Made by a program: the position numbers and the translations under genes. The notes under the pieces were generated by a model, which saw only the letters and a program-made list of their open reading frames with translations, did not search any database and was not told where the DNA came from. Positions 33,046 to 44,100 of a DNA stretch of 64,000 nucleotides are shown here, in pieces (the stretch's first letter is position 1; each line of letters opens with the position of its first letter). This DNA is from an uncultured Nitrososphaerales archaeon (GTDB lineage: Archaea > Thermoproteota > Nitrososphaeria > Nitrososphaerales > Nitrososphaeraceae), in contig CAVPXM010000069.1 of the NCBI GenBank assembly GCA_963709405.1, positions 32,001 to 96,000 of the forward strand. The letters run 5' to 3'.

Positions 33046-34229
33046 ATGAGGTTGATCATTCCAAAAAGGGTTCTCTTAGGACTAGTTGTTACGATGTTCT
33101 CGGTACTTGTATTCCTCTTGTCTCAGCTGAGTATGTTCCGCTCAGGCTGCGCGCCATCTTTACCCGTCATTACATGAAGAACGGTATATTCGATTGGTTA
33201 ATAAGCATAGGAATACTATGCAGGGTGAGCCGGCTACAGATATTGTAGGTGTAAGCTATTTTAGTGATGGACAAACCTTGAATTCCACGATTTGGCTTAT
33301 GGCCCCCTTTATTAGACAGCCTATTCAATACGATGCTTTGAATTGCGGTGTTATGGTTGATTCTGATTATGACAAGACAACTGGGGTTGGTGGTGTTGAT
33401 TACCAACTTGAAATTAGCTGGAAAAACAAAACCAAAACTTGGGATAAGGCGATTACAGAGTGGTCTACTTCCGGACACGATAAACTTCTACATGAAAATC
33501 GAAACTACACCGGGTTCTACCATAATGGGTCTTATTATGTCGCATTACCACTAGACTTGTCCACCATTCCATATCCTAATAAGTATAGGGTCGCGTTTTA
33601 TGCGGAGTCAGAAAAAGGTGGGAGGCTAACTACAGATTTTAGTAACTGGATAAACATTCCACCAGCAAATCTCGCTATCACGACATCTCCTAACCCTATT
33701 GTTGTAAGGCAGGGAGAGCAAAAAACCGTCGAAGTACGTTTGAATACGACGCAAGGGTTTGAACCCTTAGTTCATTTATCAGTAAATAACGTCCCAGGTT
33801 TAAATATGACTTTTAAGTATACCGCCATCCAGATACCTTCCCAGGGATTTACTAGTGTTCCATTAATAATAACTGCATCTAAAAATATCTCCGTATCGCC
33901 ATATACTCTATTGTTATCTACAAATTCCAGCTTTCCTACAGCGGAGTTTATTGGAGCAAATGTACTGAAACTCAGGATTACCAGGAAAAAGTCTACCTGA
34001 CTTCCTGACCCCGAAGGAAGAAATTTCGACTAGTCGAACAGTTTTGGTAGTAACGATGCAAGACGCGTTATCGGATATAGATCGGATAAGCGATTTTTGG
34101 AATAAGTTAGGGTCGCCCATATCATTTGTATATGGCATAGCAGCTGGTCTTTCACCATGGATTTTCAGTAAAGTAAAAAATAAATTAAAGAGACATGAGA
34201 GATGGTTATCTACAATTAAATCTGTTTGA
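33046..34229 (+). CDS. Secreted, C-terminally membrane-anchored hypothetical protein; frameshifted
   Basis: Signal MRLIIPKRVLLGLVVTMFSVLVFLL at 33046; core DIVGVSYFSDGQTLNSTIWL...Ig-like region; C-terminal TM FWNKLGSPISFVYGIAAGLSPWIF followed by a basic tail. Confidence 0.7.
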
Positions 34230-35091
34230 CATTCAAGTGTAGATTTCACCGGACTAACTAACTAATACTATTCCTAGACAGGAGCTATCAGTGTTTATGT
34301 AGAAACAACAGGACAGATGATGAGTGTCCCACCATTGGAAATTCAACCAATAAATGCGAGAGCGAATATTAAAGCCCTGTCTTTCTCCAATACCCTCTGA
34401 GCAAAGTGCTAGCTTAACCATAGTCGATCTAGTTGTCTACAATCCAATGCCAACGCCTTCTGCATATTACTTCTTTTGTAGGGCCGCATGACCTGGCGTG
34501 ATTATCTAATACTATTGATAAGATAGGTTTTGACTCCACTTTTTCTATTCATGTTCGTCTATATCCATCAAGAATATCTGGGATATCTTAAGGGTAATAA
34601 ATTTAGTAATCAAATTAATATCCAATAAAGAATCAACCAGTTTAAAAGATTAGCTTTTAAAAATTCAGCACCATATATCTAAGCCGGAGACAATCTTAAA
34701 AAAGGTATTTGACGTTGAAATATCCTTTACACGGTAAAGATAAACGTAACAAATGAACTTTAAAATGACTTTGAGATATGAGTTCTCATATAATGGTAAT
34801 ATTGAAGTATATCTGTCTCGATGATGTGATTTGGCATATGACAATAAAAAAATCATTATATAGAATTATGCCTATGGAGCAAATCGAAATTGGTGAAGTT
34901 TCTTCGCAAGGACTTGCAGAACTTAATAATTGTGAAAAGGTTTCGCCAGTAATTGATTATGTTGTGATTATTATCAATTCTATGGCTTTGAGCCACTTAA
35001 AGAATCTGTCGTGGATTAGTTGCTCCGAACTAAGCCCTAATCTGTATCGAGTATTACCAGAAATTTGGAAGGCTTTCAGCCTGGAGTAATA

Positions 35092-36725
35092 ATGAAATTA
35101 TTTGGGAAAATCTATCTGATTGCCTTTTCAAAACCCAGAAGAACTTCTGTACTTTCTATCCTATCATATATCGGATTAGTTATCATTTTGATTGGATCAA
35201 TTTCCGATCGTGTACCGATGAGTTTTGGACAAGGTAATGGCGGTAGTGGTGACGGAGGTAATGGCGGTAGTGGTGACGGAGGTAATGGCGGTAGTGGTGA
35301 CGGAGGTAATGGCGGTAGTGGTGACGGAGGTAATGGCGGTAGTGGTGACGGAGGTAATGGCGGTAGTGGTGACGGAGGTAATGGCGGTAGTGGTGACGGA
35401 GGTAATGGCGGTAGTGGTGACGGAGGTAATGGCGGTAGTGGTGACGGAGGTAATGGCGGTAGTGGTGACGAGGTAATGGCGGTAGTGGTGACGGAGGTAA
35501 TGGCGGTGCGAATGCTATCATGGCTAAACATGGCGGGCCACAATGTCATCTAAGTCATCACGGTCACACTGATAGAGAAAGGTGTGTAGATGGCGGATCA
35601 CCGGTGTGTCCTGATGGTTCACAGCAAGGTCCTAAAGGTTGTACATGTCCTGACGGTTCACATCCAGATGGTAATGAATGTCCTACATGTCCTGATGGTT
35701 CACAGCAAGGTCCTAAAGGTTGTACATGTCCTGATGGTTCACAGCAAGGTCCTAAAGGTTGTACATGTCCTGATGGTTCACATCCAGATGGTAATGAATG
35801 TCCTACATGTCCTGATGGTTCACAGCAAGGTCCTAAAGGTTGTACCATGTCCTGATGGTTCACAGCAAGGTCCTAAAGGTCTGTAATATGTCCTGATGGT
35901 TCACATCAGAAGGTCCTAAAGGTTGTACATGTCCTGATGGTTCACAGCAAGGTCCTAAAGGTTGTACATGTCCTGATGGTTCACAGCAAGGTCCTAAAGG
36001 TTGTACATGTCCTGATGGTTCACAGCAAGGTCCTAAAGGTTGTACATGTCCTGATGGTTCACAGCAAGGTCCTAAAGGTTGTACATGTCCTGATGGTTCA
36101 CAGCAAGGTCCTAAAGGTTGTACATGTCCTGATGGTTCACAGCAAGGTCCTAAAGGTTTGTACATGTCCTGATGGTTCACAGCAAGGTCCTAAAGGTTGT
36201 ACATGTCCTGATGGTTCACAGCAAGGTCCTAAAGGTTGTACATGTCCTGATGGTTCACAGCAAGGTCCTAAAGGTTGTACATGTCCTGATGGTTCACAGC
36301 AAGGTCCTAAAGGTTGGACATGTCCTGATGGTTCACAGCAAGGTCCTAAAGGTTGTACATGTCCTGATGGTTCACAGCAAGGTCCTAAAGGTTGTACATG
36401 TTTAATAGATTCAATATCGGATGGTAGCGGCAAATCCTCATGCATAAAAATTCTAGTCTTCGATTCCAAGGGTAACGAAATCGCTTCCTCGTTGGCAGGG
36501 GGAAATCTTCACTTAAAATTGGTGCAAGATAACTCGATTAGGGTGAGTTTTGTTCCCATGATCAAAGCCTGTTCTGTAAAGGTCGATTATTTCCAGTCCT
36601 TAGATAATGGCGCGCCAGCCGGAGGCAATAACAACGATCAGACGAGTTATCGGATCAGCATGAGTAGCGATAATCCTAACCCGGTACATCTGAAGTATCA
36701 TGTGAGGTGTAATGCAGGATCGTGA
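35092..36725 (+). CDS. Secreted Gly-rich / Cys-rich tandem-repeat protein (several 1-nt frameshifts inside the repeats)
   Basis: Signal MKLFGKIYL...[11 protein letters not shown]; (GNGGSGDG)x~11; His-rich linker; ~20 CPDG repeats; ~110-aa C-terminal domain ending CNAGS*. Confidence 0.75.
35233..35507 (+). repeat. 24-bp tandem repeat ggtaatggcggtagtggtgacgga, 11 copies plus a partial
   Basis: Counted directly; the 10th copy lacks one g. Confidence 0.95.
35607..36398 (+). repeat. 39-bp tandem repeat tgtcctgatggttcacagcaaggtcctaaaggttgtaca (~18 copies) with two 42-bp variant units
   Basis: Unit A encodes [13 protein letters not shown]. Unit B (35646-35687, 35766-35807) encodes [14 protein letters not shown]. 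There are no unique spacers. Confidence 0.95.
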
Positions 36726-36738
36726 GGTTTCGATTCAT

Positions 36739-38380
36739 ATGACAAGTAATAATTTCCATGGCGGAATAATAGGGTTGAGATCCATCATTTTATTTATGGT
36801 TGTCCTGGTTTTGTTAGGAAATATTATCACGGTGAATGCACAGCCAGCCGAGAATAATGGTGTAGAGGGCGTTATAACGATTAACAAAAATCCTATAACG
36901 CATCCCAGTGATGGCCTTCCAGGAGAGCCTGTCGGACCTTCTTCAACCCAGCCCCAGGGAACATTCATACAGCCTATCGATGTTAATCAAACAAAAAAGG
37001 TAAATGTGGAGGTAGGGGGTAAAAAAATACCCTTCCAAGATATTGTAGTCCTAAAAGACGAAATTGCCAATAATACCCTGACATTGAAAAATACCTTTAG
37101 CGCTCTAACAATGTTAGTTGAGAATTTCGGTGCGGAAATTATCTATACATACAACGGTACAGTTGCAGGATTTGCATTCAAAGCACCAAATCAACAAATA
37201 TTTAATCAACTGACAGATGTTCTTAGGGTTGATCCGCGTGTTAGAGAAGTCGAACAGGATCGGACCGTAGTACCATTTTCTGAGGAATCATCAACTGGGT
37301 TACACAGGATAGACGCAATCTTCGCACCTGCAGATTCAAAAATAGGATCCACAGGCGTCAACTCAGATATTGCTATTATCGATAGTGGTGTAGATCTAAG
37401 TCATCCTGACCTTAACGTATTTAGAAATACATCTGCAATAATTCCTCAAAACGTGACTTCTATTCACAATACATTAGCTGCTAGCAATATAGATTTAGAG
37501 AAGATTGGACTCAATACTCTAAATTTGGGAAAGAATAGAACTGCATTTTATCCTCCTTTTTCTCAGAATATTAATTCAGCCGGAGACGATGAATGCGGCC
37601 ATGGTACTTCAGTAGCTGGCATTGCTGCCGCGAAACACAATTCCTTTGGAATAATAGGAGTAGCGCCAGGAGCAAGGTTGTGGTCTATTAAAGTACTTGA
37701 CTGGAATAACGCAACTAAAAGATGTGAAGGTTCAATATCTTCTGTAATTGCAGCTATAGACTATGTGACAAAACATGCAAACCAGATTGATGTCACAAAC
37801 CTAAGCCTAGGATGCAAGTGTAATTCATCAGCATTGGATGAAGCAATCATAGGTCTGTAGGCGCAAATGTGACGTATGTAGTTGCAGCAGGCAATATCCA
37901 CGCTGATGCTTCATCGTTTTCGCCGGCTAACAATACAGAAGTAATCACTGCTTATCTGCCATTGCCGACCAGGATGGTAGATGTGGAGCAACTGGAATTC
38001 CTCTATGGGTTGATGCTGGTAATAGTTCAGGGTTTTCTGATGATGATACCTTTGCTCGATTTAGCAATTATGGCTCGGTAGTAGATATCGCGGCACCAGG
38101 AGTTAAAATTAATTCGACATCTGCAAACGGGACATATGCACTGACTAGCGGTACCAGCATTGCTGCTCCCTTCGTGACAGGTGCTGCTCCATTGTATAAA
38201 TCACTGAATCCACATACATCTTTATTGGATATACGTGACGCATTAACAAGTTCAGGTTCCTCGCTCAAAACCATTTGTGACGGTTCTGGTCGAGGCTACT
38301 TTAAGGATGATCCTGACCAGAATCCTGAGCCCCTGTTGGACCTTGGAAATCTTCTCAAAATGAAAAATAAAGCATCCTAA
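36739..38380 (+). CDS. Secreted subtilisin-like S8 serine peptidase with I9-like propeptide; frameshifted
   Basis: Signal peptide; propeptide IIYTYNGTVAGFA...VREVEQD; triad IIDSG / HGTSVAG / GTSIAAP (~38150-38170); oxyanion AAGN; FSNYG..VDIAAPG. Frameshifts at about 37855 and 37950. Confidence 0.88.
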
Positions 38381-38567
38381 CGCTTGGTGTATCATGTAAT
38401 AGACTCACCAGAAATCTGAAAATGAAAATGCCTAATCTCGATACCTGAGATATGCCGTATTTCTATTCCGTCAATTTCTGCGCGAACTATATAATATATT
38501 TAAAATTATAAGGTCAGATATTTCTTAAATATTGATACACTACTACTACTACTAGTGAAAAGATTAA

Positions 38568-38995
38568 TTGGAGAATATGATCTATAATTCACACTCTACA
38601 ATTACTATTGCACCATTAGTTATTGCAGCATTTGTTATATCCCTTACACTCTTATTTCCAGGACATAAACGGATGGAATCCATTTCTGATAACCGAAGCA
38701 GAATTAATATTACTTCCGCCTCACTCGCTAGTTCAGGCCAACAAAAGGTAGAACCATTACAGCCAGTTACCTCGTATACCCTGCCGACTGCTAACCTAGT
38801 CGCACAGTTGTTGCTTGAGTCGTCGCCTGAACTTGTTGCTCAGATTCCCCTAGACCATTTAGCACAGAAAGACATTGTCGAAGTGTTTAGAAATATCCCC
38901 AAGGATAAGATTGTTACTATTATAAAAGAAATACCTCAAGAGAGGTTTGCTGAATATTGAGTAAGCTGCCAGAAGCAAGATTCGTAACGAAATAA
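38568..38995 (+). CDS. Hypothetical membrane-anchored protein with a helical C-terminal region
   Basis: N-terminal TM (IAPLVIAAFVISLTLLF); helical region IVEVFRNIPKDKIVTIIKEIPQERF; probable frameshift near the end. Confidence 0.55.
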
Positions 38996-40357
38996 AGAAT
39001 GTTATGAGCCAACCAGCACATTAGATATAAAGACTTATTACCCCTTAGGATGTCTCAAACAGTTTCTACACCAAGACGTATAGATTGCAAGACACCCATG
39101 GGAAATATCCGAACTGCCTGCGTTGCCTAGTATATAGGACAACTATTACAAGCGAATATCGATTTTTGCTAGCCTGATTTTGGTTACTATGGATTTGTTC
39201 CTTGTTCTACGCAAAATATTGTTATCGTCACATCTGAGGTGAAAAAATTTATTATTTTATTTACCCATTACGGTGCCTTGAGGATAATGGAGTCACTGGA
39301 CTCATATGTCTTAATTCTTCATGTGAATGTAATTTTTGACTGGAGCTAATCTGAATGGTAACTTGGTATATCAAAGATTAGGATGGAGATTCAAATTTGC
39401 CTGCAAACCTAAAAAAGTTGTAACAGTTCAACGTCAGTTCAAGGATAATGGATTTCCAAAAAAATAAGCTCCTGAAATTCTGAAATCAGAACACTTTTAA
39501 GTTGTGACTGATTCTATAAGTGGTAATTCAAGATATGTCGGCTCGATCTCAATTATCATGATTTTGCACTCGATATCAGGAACAATTTCCTTCATAAATG
39601 GGACAACCAATACTGTAAGCAAGACGATCACGATCGGGAAGATGCCTATCGGAGAAGCTACAATCCAAGTAACCATGGCATCTATGTTGCAAATGCGGGA
39701 TCAAATAATGTCTCTGTACTTACTGATAACGATCCCTAGATAACAATCAGGAACCGGAGACTGATCTCACAAATATAATCGAGTGTTTAATTCTAGCCTC
39801 TAATTGTTTTGTCGCTGGCGATCAGCCTTGCCTTCTATGCAATTAAAACCCCCAAAAATTGTTTTGGAAATCTAAGTCAGTGACATATTTTAATAGTTAG
39901 TTTGTGGAACGTCAACATGGTCGCTTTATCATAAATGTTATCACCTATGAAAATGAGTTTCTGAAAGAAATGCTGTGCAATTCAATATCTTTAGTGTAAT
40001 TTTTCGTAATTTACATACTATTTATCTTGTCAACAGCATAAGCTAACTGTGATACCATATGTCCAGCAAAAAGAAAAAGTCATGACTATCATCCACTACT
40101 CTACAAATTGCCCCTCTTGCAGTGAGTATTGAAGAATTGATACACTCTCTCGCATGGCTCGAACCTCCTCGGATAGTATGACCAACTGGGATGGAAACAT
40201 TAGAAATAATTACCCTAATACCGAAGCCTTCGACCGATTAAGCTACGCCGGCAGCCGAATCAATTACCTTTGAATCTTGACCTGGCTGGGATTGGGAAAA
40301 CATAAGAATGAGAACCCTTTTAGTTCATGTTATTCTATAAAATGCAATTGAAGATAG

Positions 40358-41644
40358 ATGCCTGATGTCAATTTTCATGATTTTACGCTCGAGTCGTTAT
40401 CAGAACACAGCCGCACAGAATCCAAAAGAAAAGGAGACATGGAGGCAGAATTCTTTGAAGTGATATCAAACCCTCTCAATACTGAAGAAATTCTGCTAAA
40501 TCTTGCTAAATCTTTACAGAAAGAGGTCTTGTATCTTGTACCAAACGATATGGCCTTAGTGAGGGTAAATAAAATAGGCCTAATAGACCTGCTTATTCAG
40601 GCATCACAACAAAGGAATGTGAAAATAAAGATTATCTGTCCCCTTTCTGACATCAATTCAGATATAGTAAGAACTATAATAAATCAGGCTCCTGACATAA
40701 AGATTATTCCAGGAAAGAATACGTCATCCGGTATATTTATTGCTGATGATCTAAAGATGTTAAGGGTAGAAATTAAGGACGCAGACGCCAGTGAATTCTC
40801 CAAGGCGATTGGTTTTGCTCTCTATTCTAATAGCAAGGCCAGCGTCAGCTCGTTCAAGATGTTCTTTGAATTGCTATGGAATGCTTGCATCCAAAATGAG
40901 GAGCTGATGAGAATCGACAAAATGAAAGACGAATTTATCAATGTCGCAGCGCACGAATTCAGAACACCTATACAATCAGTGTTGGGTTACCTTGAACTCG
41001 CAAAGGCTGACCCAGAATACAATGCGATCGACAATAAAAGAGGTGGGCTAATTGATGCAGCATATCGAAATGCAGTCAGACTTCATAGGCTAACTAAGAA
41101 TATACTAGAAGTAACCAGGATTGAGAGCCAGACCTTGTATTTGAATAAGAAAATATTTGATTTAAAAAAGCCAGTATTAAGCATTGTTAACGATCTTCAA
41201 AATAATACTGCCAAATTGTCACGGAAATACGGTAGTAGCGATACCACATCTAATGAATTTATAGTGAGATTTCCCGATGCTCAAGGTGAGGATGAGTTAA
41301 ATGTTGATGCTGATGAAGAGAGAATTACTGAAGTTCTGGTAAATCTGTTGGATAATGCCATGAAGTTTACTAAACATGGAATAATAACAGTTACGACTGC
41401 AAAAGATAAAGTTAGAAATCAAGCATATGTAAGAGTAAGAGACTCTGGCAGTGGCGTACATCCAGAACTGATGACACGGTTATTCACTAAATTCGCAAGC
41501 AAATCTTCGGGAGGAACTGGGCTTGGACTATATATCTCTAAATCCATCATTGAGGCTCACGGAGGTAAGATATGGTTTGAAAACAATCAAGAGGATAGGG
41601 GATCTACTTTTGGATTTAGTCTTCCCTTGCAAGAAAGACGGTAG
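40358..41644 (+). CDS. Cytoplasmic sensor histidine kinase (single N-terminal domain, HisKA, HATPase_c)
   Basis: AAHEFRTPIQS, NLLDNAMKFT, DSGSG, GTGLGLYISKSIIEAHGG. Confidence 0.93.
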   Translation: MPDVNFHDFTLESLSEHSRTESKRKGDMEAEFFEVISNPLNTEEILLNLAKSLQKEVLYLVPNDMALVRVNKIGLIDLLIQASQQRNVKIKIICPLSDINSDIVRTIINQAPDIKIIPGKNTSSGIFIADDLKMLRVEIKDADASEFSKAIGFALYSNSKASVSSFKMFFELLWNACIQNEELMRIDKMKDEFINVAAHEFRTPIQSVLGYLELAKADPEYNAIDNKRGGLIDAAYRNAVRLHRLTKNILEVTRIESQTLYLNKKIFDLKKPVLSIVNDLQNNTAKLSRKYGSSDTTSNEFIVRFPDAQGEDELNVDADEERITEVLVNLLDNAMKFTKHGIITVTTAKDKVRNQAYVRVRDSGSGVHPELMTRLFTKFASKSSGGTGLGLYISKSIIEAHGGKIWFENNQEDRGSTFGFSLPLQERR

Positions 41645-42356
41645 TATTTTAATGGAATTTAACTGAGTGCCAATTTTATATATTAAATGAGTGGCACAAT
41701 TTAATAAGTTAAATCAAAGAATGCTATATAGCATTACAGACAAGCTCAATCCAATATTGTATTTGTTCATCTGATTCGGGCCTGCAAAACTGCAGATGCT
41801 GTTGAGTCGTCAAGCGCTTCATACACGTCATCATGACAAGGCCTCTTTCTCATATGCAATCCCATTTAATTAGGGTGGTCATGTCAATTTATCCAACCCA
41901 GTACGTCACATGATACAATACTTATATGCCCTGTTATTCGAACATCTTCCGACCTAACATCTCTAATAGATTGGCTGCAGATAGCAAAAGACCACATCAT
42001 TTACATCGTGCCGGATTATCACACTGCCGCAGAAATACACAAGACCATCACGTTTGACCTATCTAATCAAGCAGAGATTGACTTAAATCGGCCAATGTCT
42101 TTAAAAAGTTGTCGGAAGTGTTTATTAAATCTCCTACTCATAACTTGACGCAGTGCCAGAAGGACGTATATTTCTACTAAAACTTCCGAGGTTTGAGAAT
42201 ACCAGTACGAGGCTCGCTATTCTGCTGGTTTTGGCTTCTGGGATTACGTTCAGCACGTCTTCAATTGCTAATGAGGAGATGAAAAATACGATTGAAAAAT
42301 ATAGTCACAATAATTCTAGTCCTTTCCATGGTTTTTGGGAGAAAAAAAGGATTGCT

Positions 42357-42926
42357 ATGGTGGCAGAGTCCTTGATATCGTACTTGCCAAGGGAGGGTAA
42401 GAAATCAGAAAGACTAGTTCATTCAAGTTTTAGACTAAGACAAGATGTGTTGAAATCATTAGAAAGAGAATCGAAAAAGAGAGGAGTCACGCTCAGTAGT
42501 CTTGTCAATAGAATCCTGGAAAATTATATGAATAGTGAAATTTATTTTGAAGAGCTTGGATTTATGTTGATGAGCAAAGATTTCCTTAGAAAGACTTTCA
42601 ATGAACTAAATGAAAAGCGCGTAGAAGAACTCGGCAAAGACCTAGGACTAACAGTTGCTAAAGAATATGTGTCCTATTTTTTTCCGGAAGTAAATACCGA
42701 TAGCCTCATTAAGTTTCTAGAGTTATGGTTCAAGCGTTTTCAATCATTTTCCCATAGAGTGGATAGTAACCGACATTATTTTACTATAAACCATGAAATA
42801 AATATGAATTTTTCAATAATTTTGAGAGCTATGTTGGAGGGTGTTATTGAGCCGATAGCAAAGCGAACAGTTGCCTTCAGAGACCTTACTCCAAATGCGG
42901 TCATATTCTCTTTCGAAGCTAGCTGA
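42357..42926 (+). CDS. Ribbon-helix-helix-containing regulator-like protein (thaumarchaeal family); start uncertain
   Basis: SSFRLRQDVLKSLERESKKRGVTLSSLVNRILENY is RHH-like and is followed by a C-terminal domain. It is convergent with the response regulator. Confidence 0.75.
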   Translation: MVAESLISYLPREGKKSERLVHSSFRLRQDVLKSLERESKKRGVTLSSLVNRILENYMNSEIYFEELGFMLMSKDFLRKTFNELNEKRVEELGKDLGLTVAKEYVSYFFPEVNTDSLIKFLELWFKRFQSFSHRVDSNRHYFTINHEINMNFSIILRAMLEGVIEPIAKRTVAFRDLTPNAVIFSFEAS

Positions 42927-43101
42927 ACTTCAAATGTCCCTTCTACTGTAATTGGCCTTAATAGAGTGGCTTCATAAATTTGATTACCCGGGTGGTACAT
43001 TGATTCATTACCAGAACTAGATATCGATGAAAAATCCAAATCCAGTAGTATTGTTAGTTGATATCTGCTTTGCCGATGTGGCCCAAACCATATAAAAATC
43101 G

Positions 43102-43491
43102 TTATTTTGATTCTAATTCCATCTTTATTCGATTGATGAGGGTGTCTATGTCTATTGGTTTGGTGATAAAGCATCCAACATTTAGCCCTGGAAATTCATG
43201 CTTTAAAGAGTCATAGTAAATTTCATAAGCCGTAATAAAACAAGCCTTTGCGTTTCTATCCTTTTTCTGTATCTCTCTGTATAGTTTGAAGCCATCCATC
43301 TTGTGCATCTTTACATCAAGGAGTAAGAGATCATAAATGCCAGGTTTGAATGCAGCCAACGCTAAGATGGGATCGTTAAATGTATCTACTAAAGCGAATC
43401 CGTTGCATTCCAAGCCTTGTTTCAAGGTCAGGGTGGTATCGGGCTCATCGTCTACAAGTAATATCATATGTTTGGGCGTAGCTATATTCAT
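43102..43491 (-). CDS. Stand-alone response regulator (receiver domain)
   Basis: ILLVDDEPD, YDLLLLDVKM..MDG, FITA, FITKPI. Confidence 0.93.
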   Translation of the reverse strand: MNIATPKHMILLVDDEPDTTLTLKQGLECNGFALVDTFNDPILALAAFKPGIYDLLLLDVKMHKMDGFKLYREIQKKDRNAKACFITAYEIYYDSLKHEFPGLNVGCFITKPIDIDTLINRIKMELESK

Positions 43492-43715
43492 AATGTCTGT
43501 AATTGTCTTTACTAATACTTTTTGGTTACTCTTATTACCGTGATTTAAATTCTCTTTAATAGGATCAATCGTAATAGCTCTCTCTTATTTGTGAAAGGAA
43601 GAGCCTAGATTATTAGTCGGCACTGTGTTACAAAGTCAACCATGTCTAACGATGTCAGTTTGGTACGCCATTGTAGTCACAAGTCCTATGAATCTTGGTA
43701 CTAATATAGTGCACA

Positions 43716-43940
43716 ATGAATGGACCGATATTCTTGCCAAGTTGGAGTTTGAAAAAGAATTCGATAACGGTGATTGCCTCTATTGCGGCTATCTTTGTTG
43801 TATTGACGGTGTCGTCTGCCTCTGGAATAACAGTTGTAAGTGCTCAAAAATCCAGTCCACCTCCGGATCACTACGTCGTTCAAAAAACCGCGGAATCTAC
43901 AGTAAATCCACTTCCAGGTCACCAATCTTCAATTTTACGC
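43716..43940 (+). pseudogene. N-terminal fragment of a secreted thaumarchaeal protein
   Basis: A signal peptide is followed by AQK...VVQKTAESTVNPLPGHQ, after which the sequence looks non-coding. Confidence 0.4.
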
Positions 43941-44100
43941 CTTAGTCTAAGTCAGAGGGATTTTATTCCCTGTGCGCTTATAATTATCACTATAGTGGGA
44001 CACGTGGGCAATCGACCGTTAAGATGACGTATCTTTGTAATTCCAGCAGCTAAAGATAACATGGTAATGCTGTCTTAAAATATGATGATCAACCGAATAG

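Larger units (their letters stand above)
32367..39739. repeat. Pair of ~170-bp direct repeats (32367-32537 and 39570-39739) corresponding to the 3' end of the YVTN gene
   Basis: tcgatatcaggaacaatttcc...gatccctag is present twice. By eye the copies differ by 8 substitutions and a 1-nt deletion. Confidence 0.92.

Noticed and set aside
35607-36398. CRISPR array
   Set aside because: The 39-bp units are contiguous with no unique spacers, preserve a reading frame, and no cas genes are present.
35112-36469. Alternative-frame and antisense ORFs ([50 protein letters not shown] repeats)
   Set aside because: They are shadows of stop-free tandem repeats. Only the Gly/Cys frames connect the signal peptide to the unique C-terminal domain.
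32367-39739. Diversity-generating retroelement TR/VR pair
   Set aside because: The differences between the two copies are not restricted to adenines in either copy, and no reverse transcriptase is in the window.
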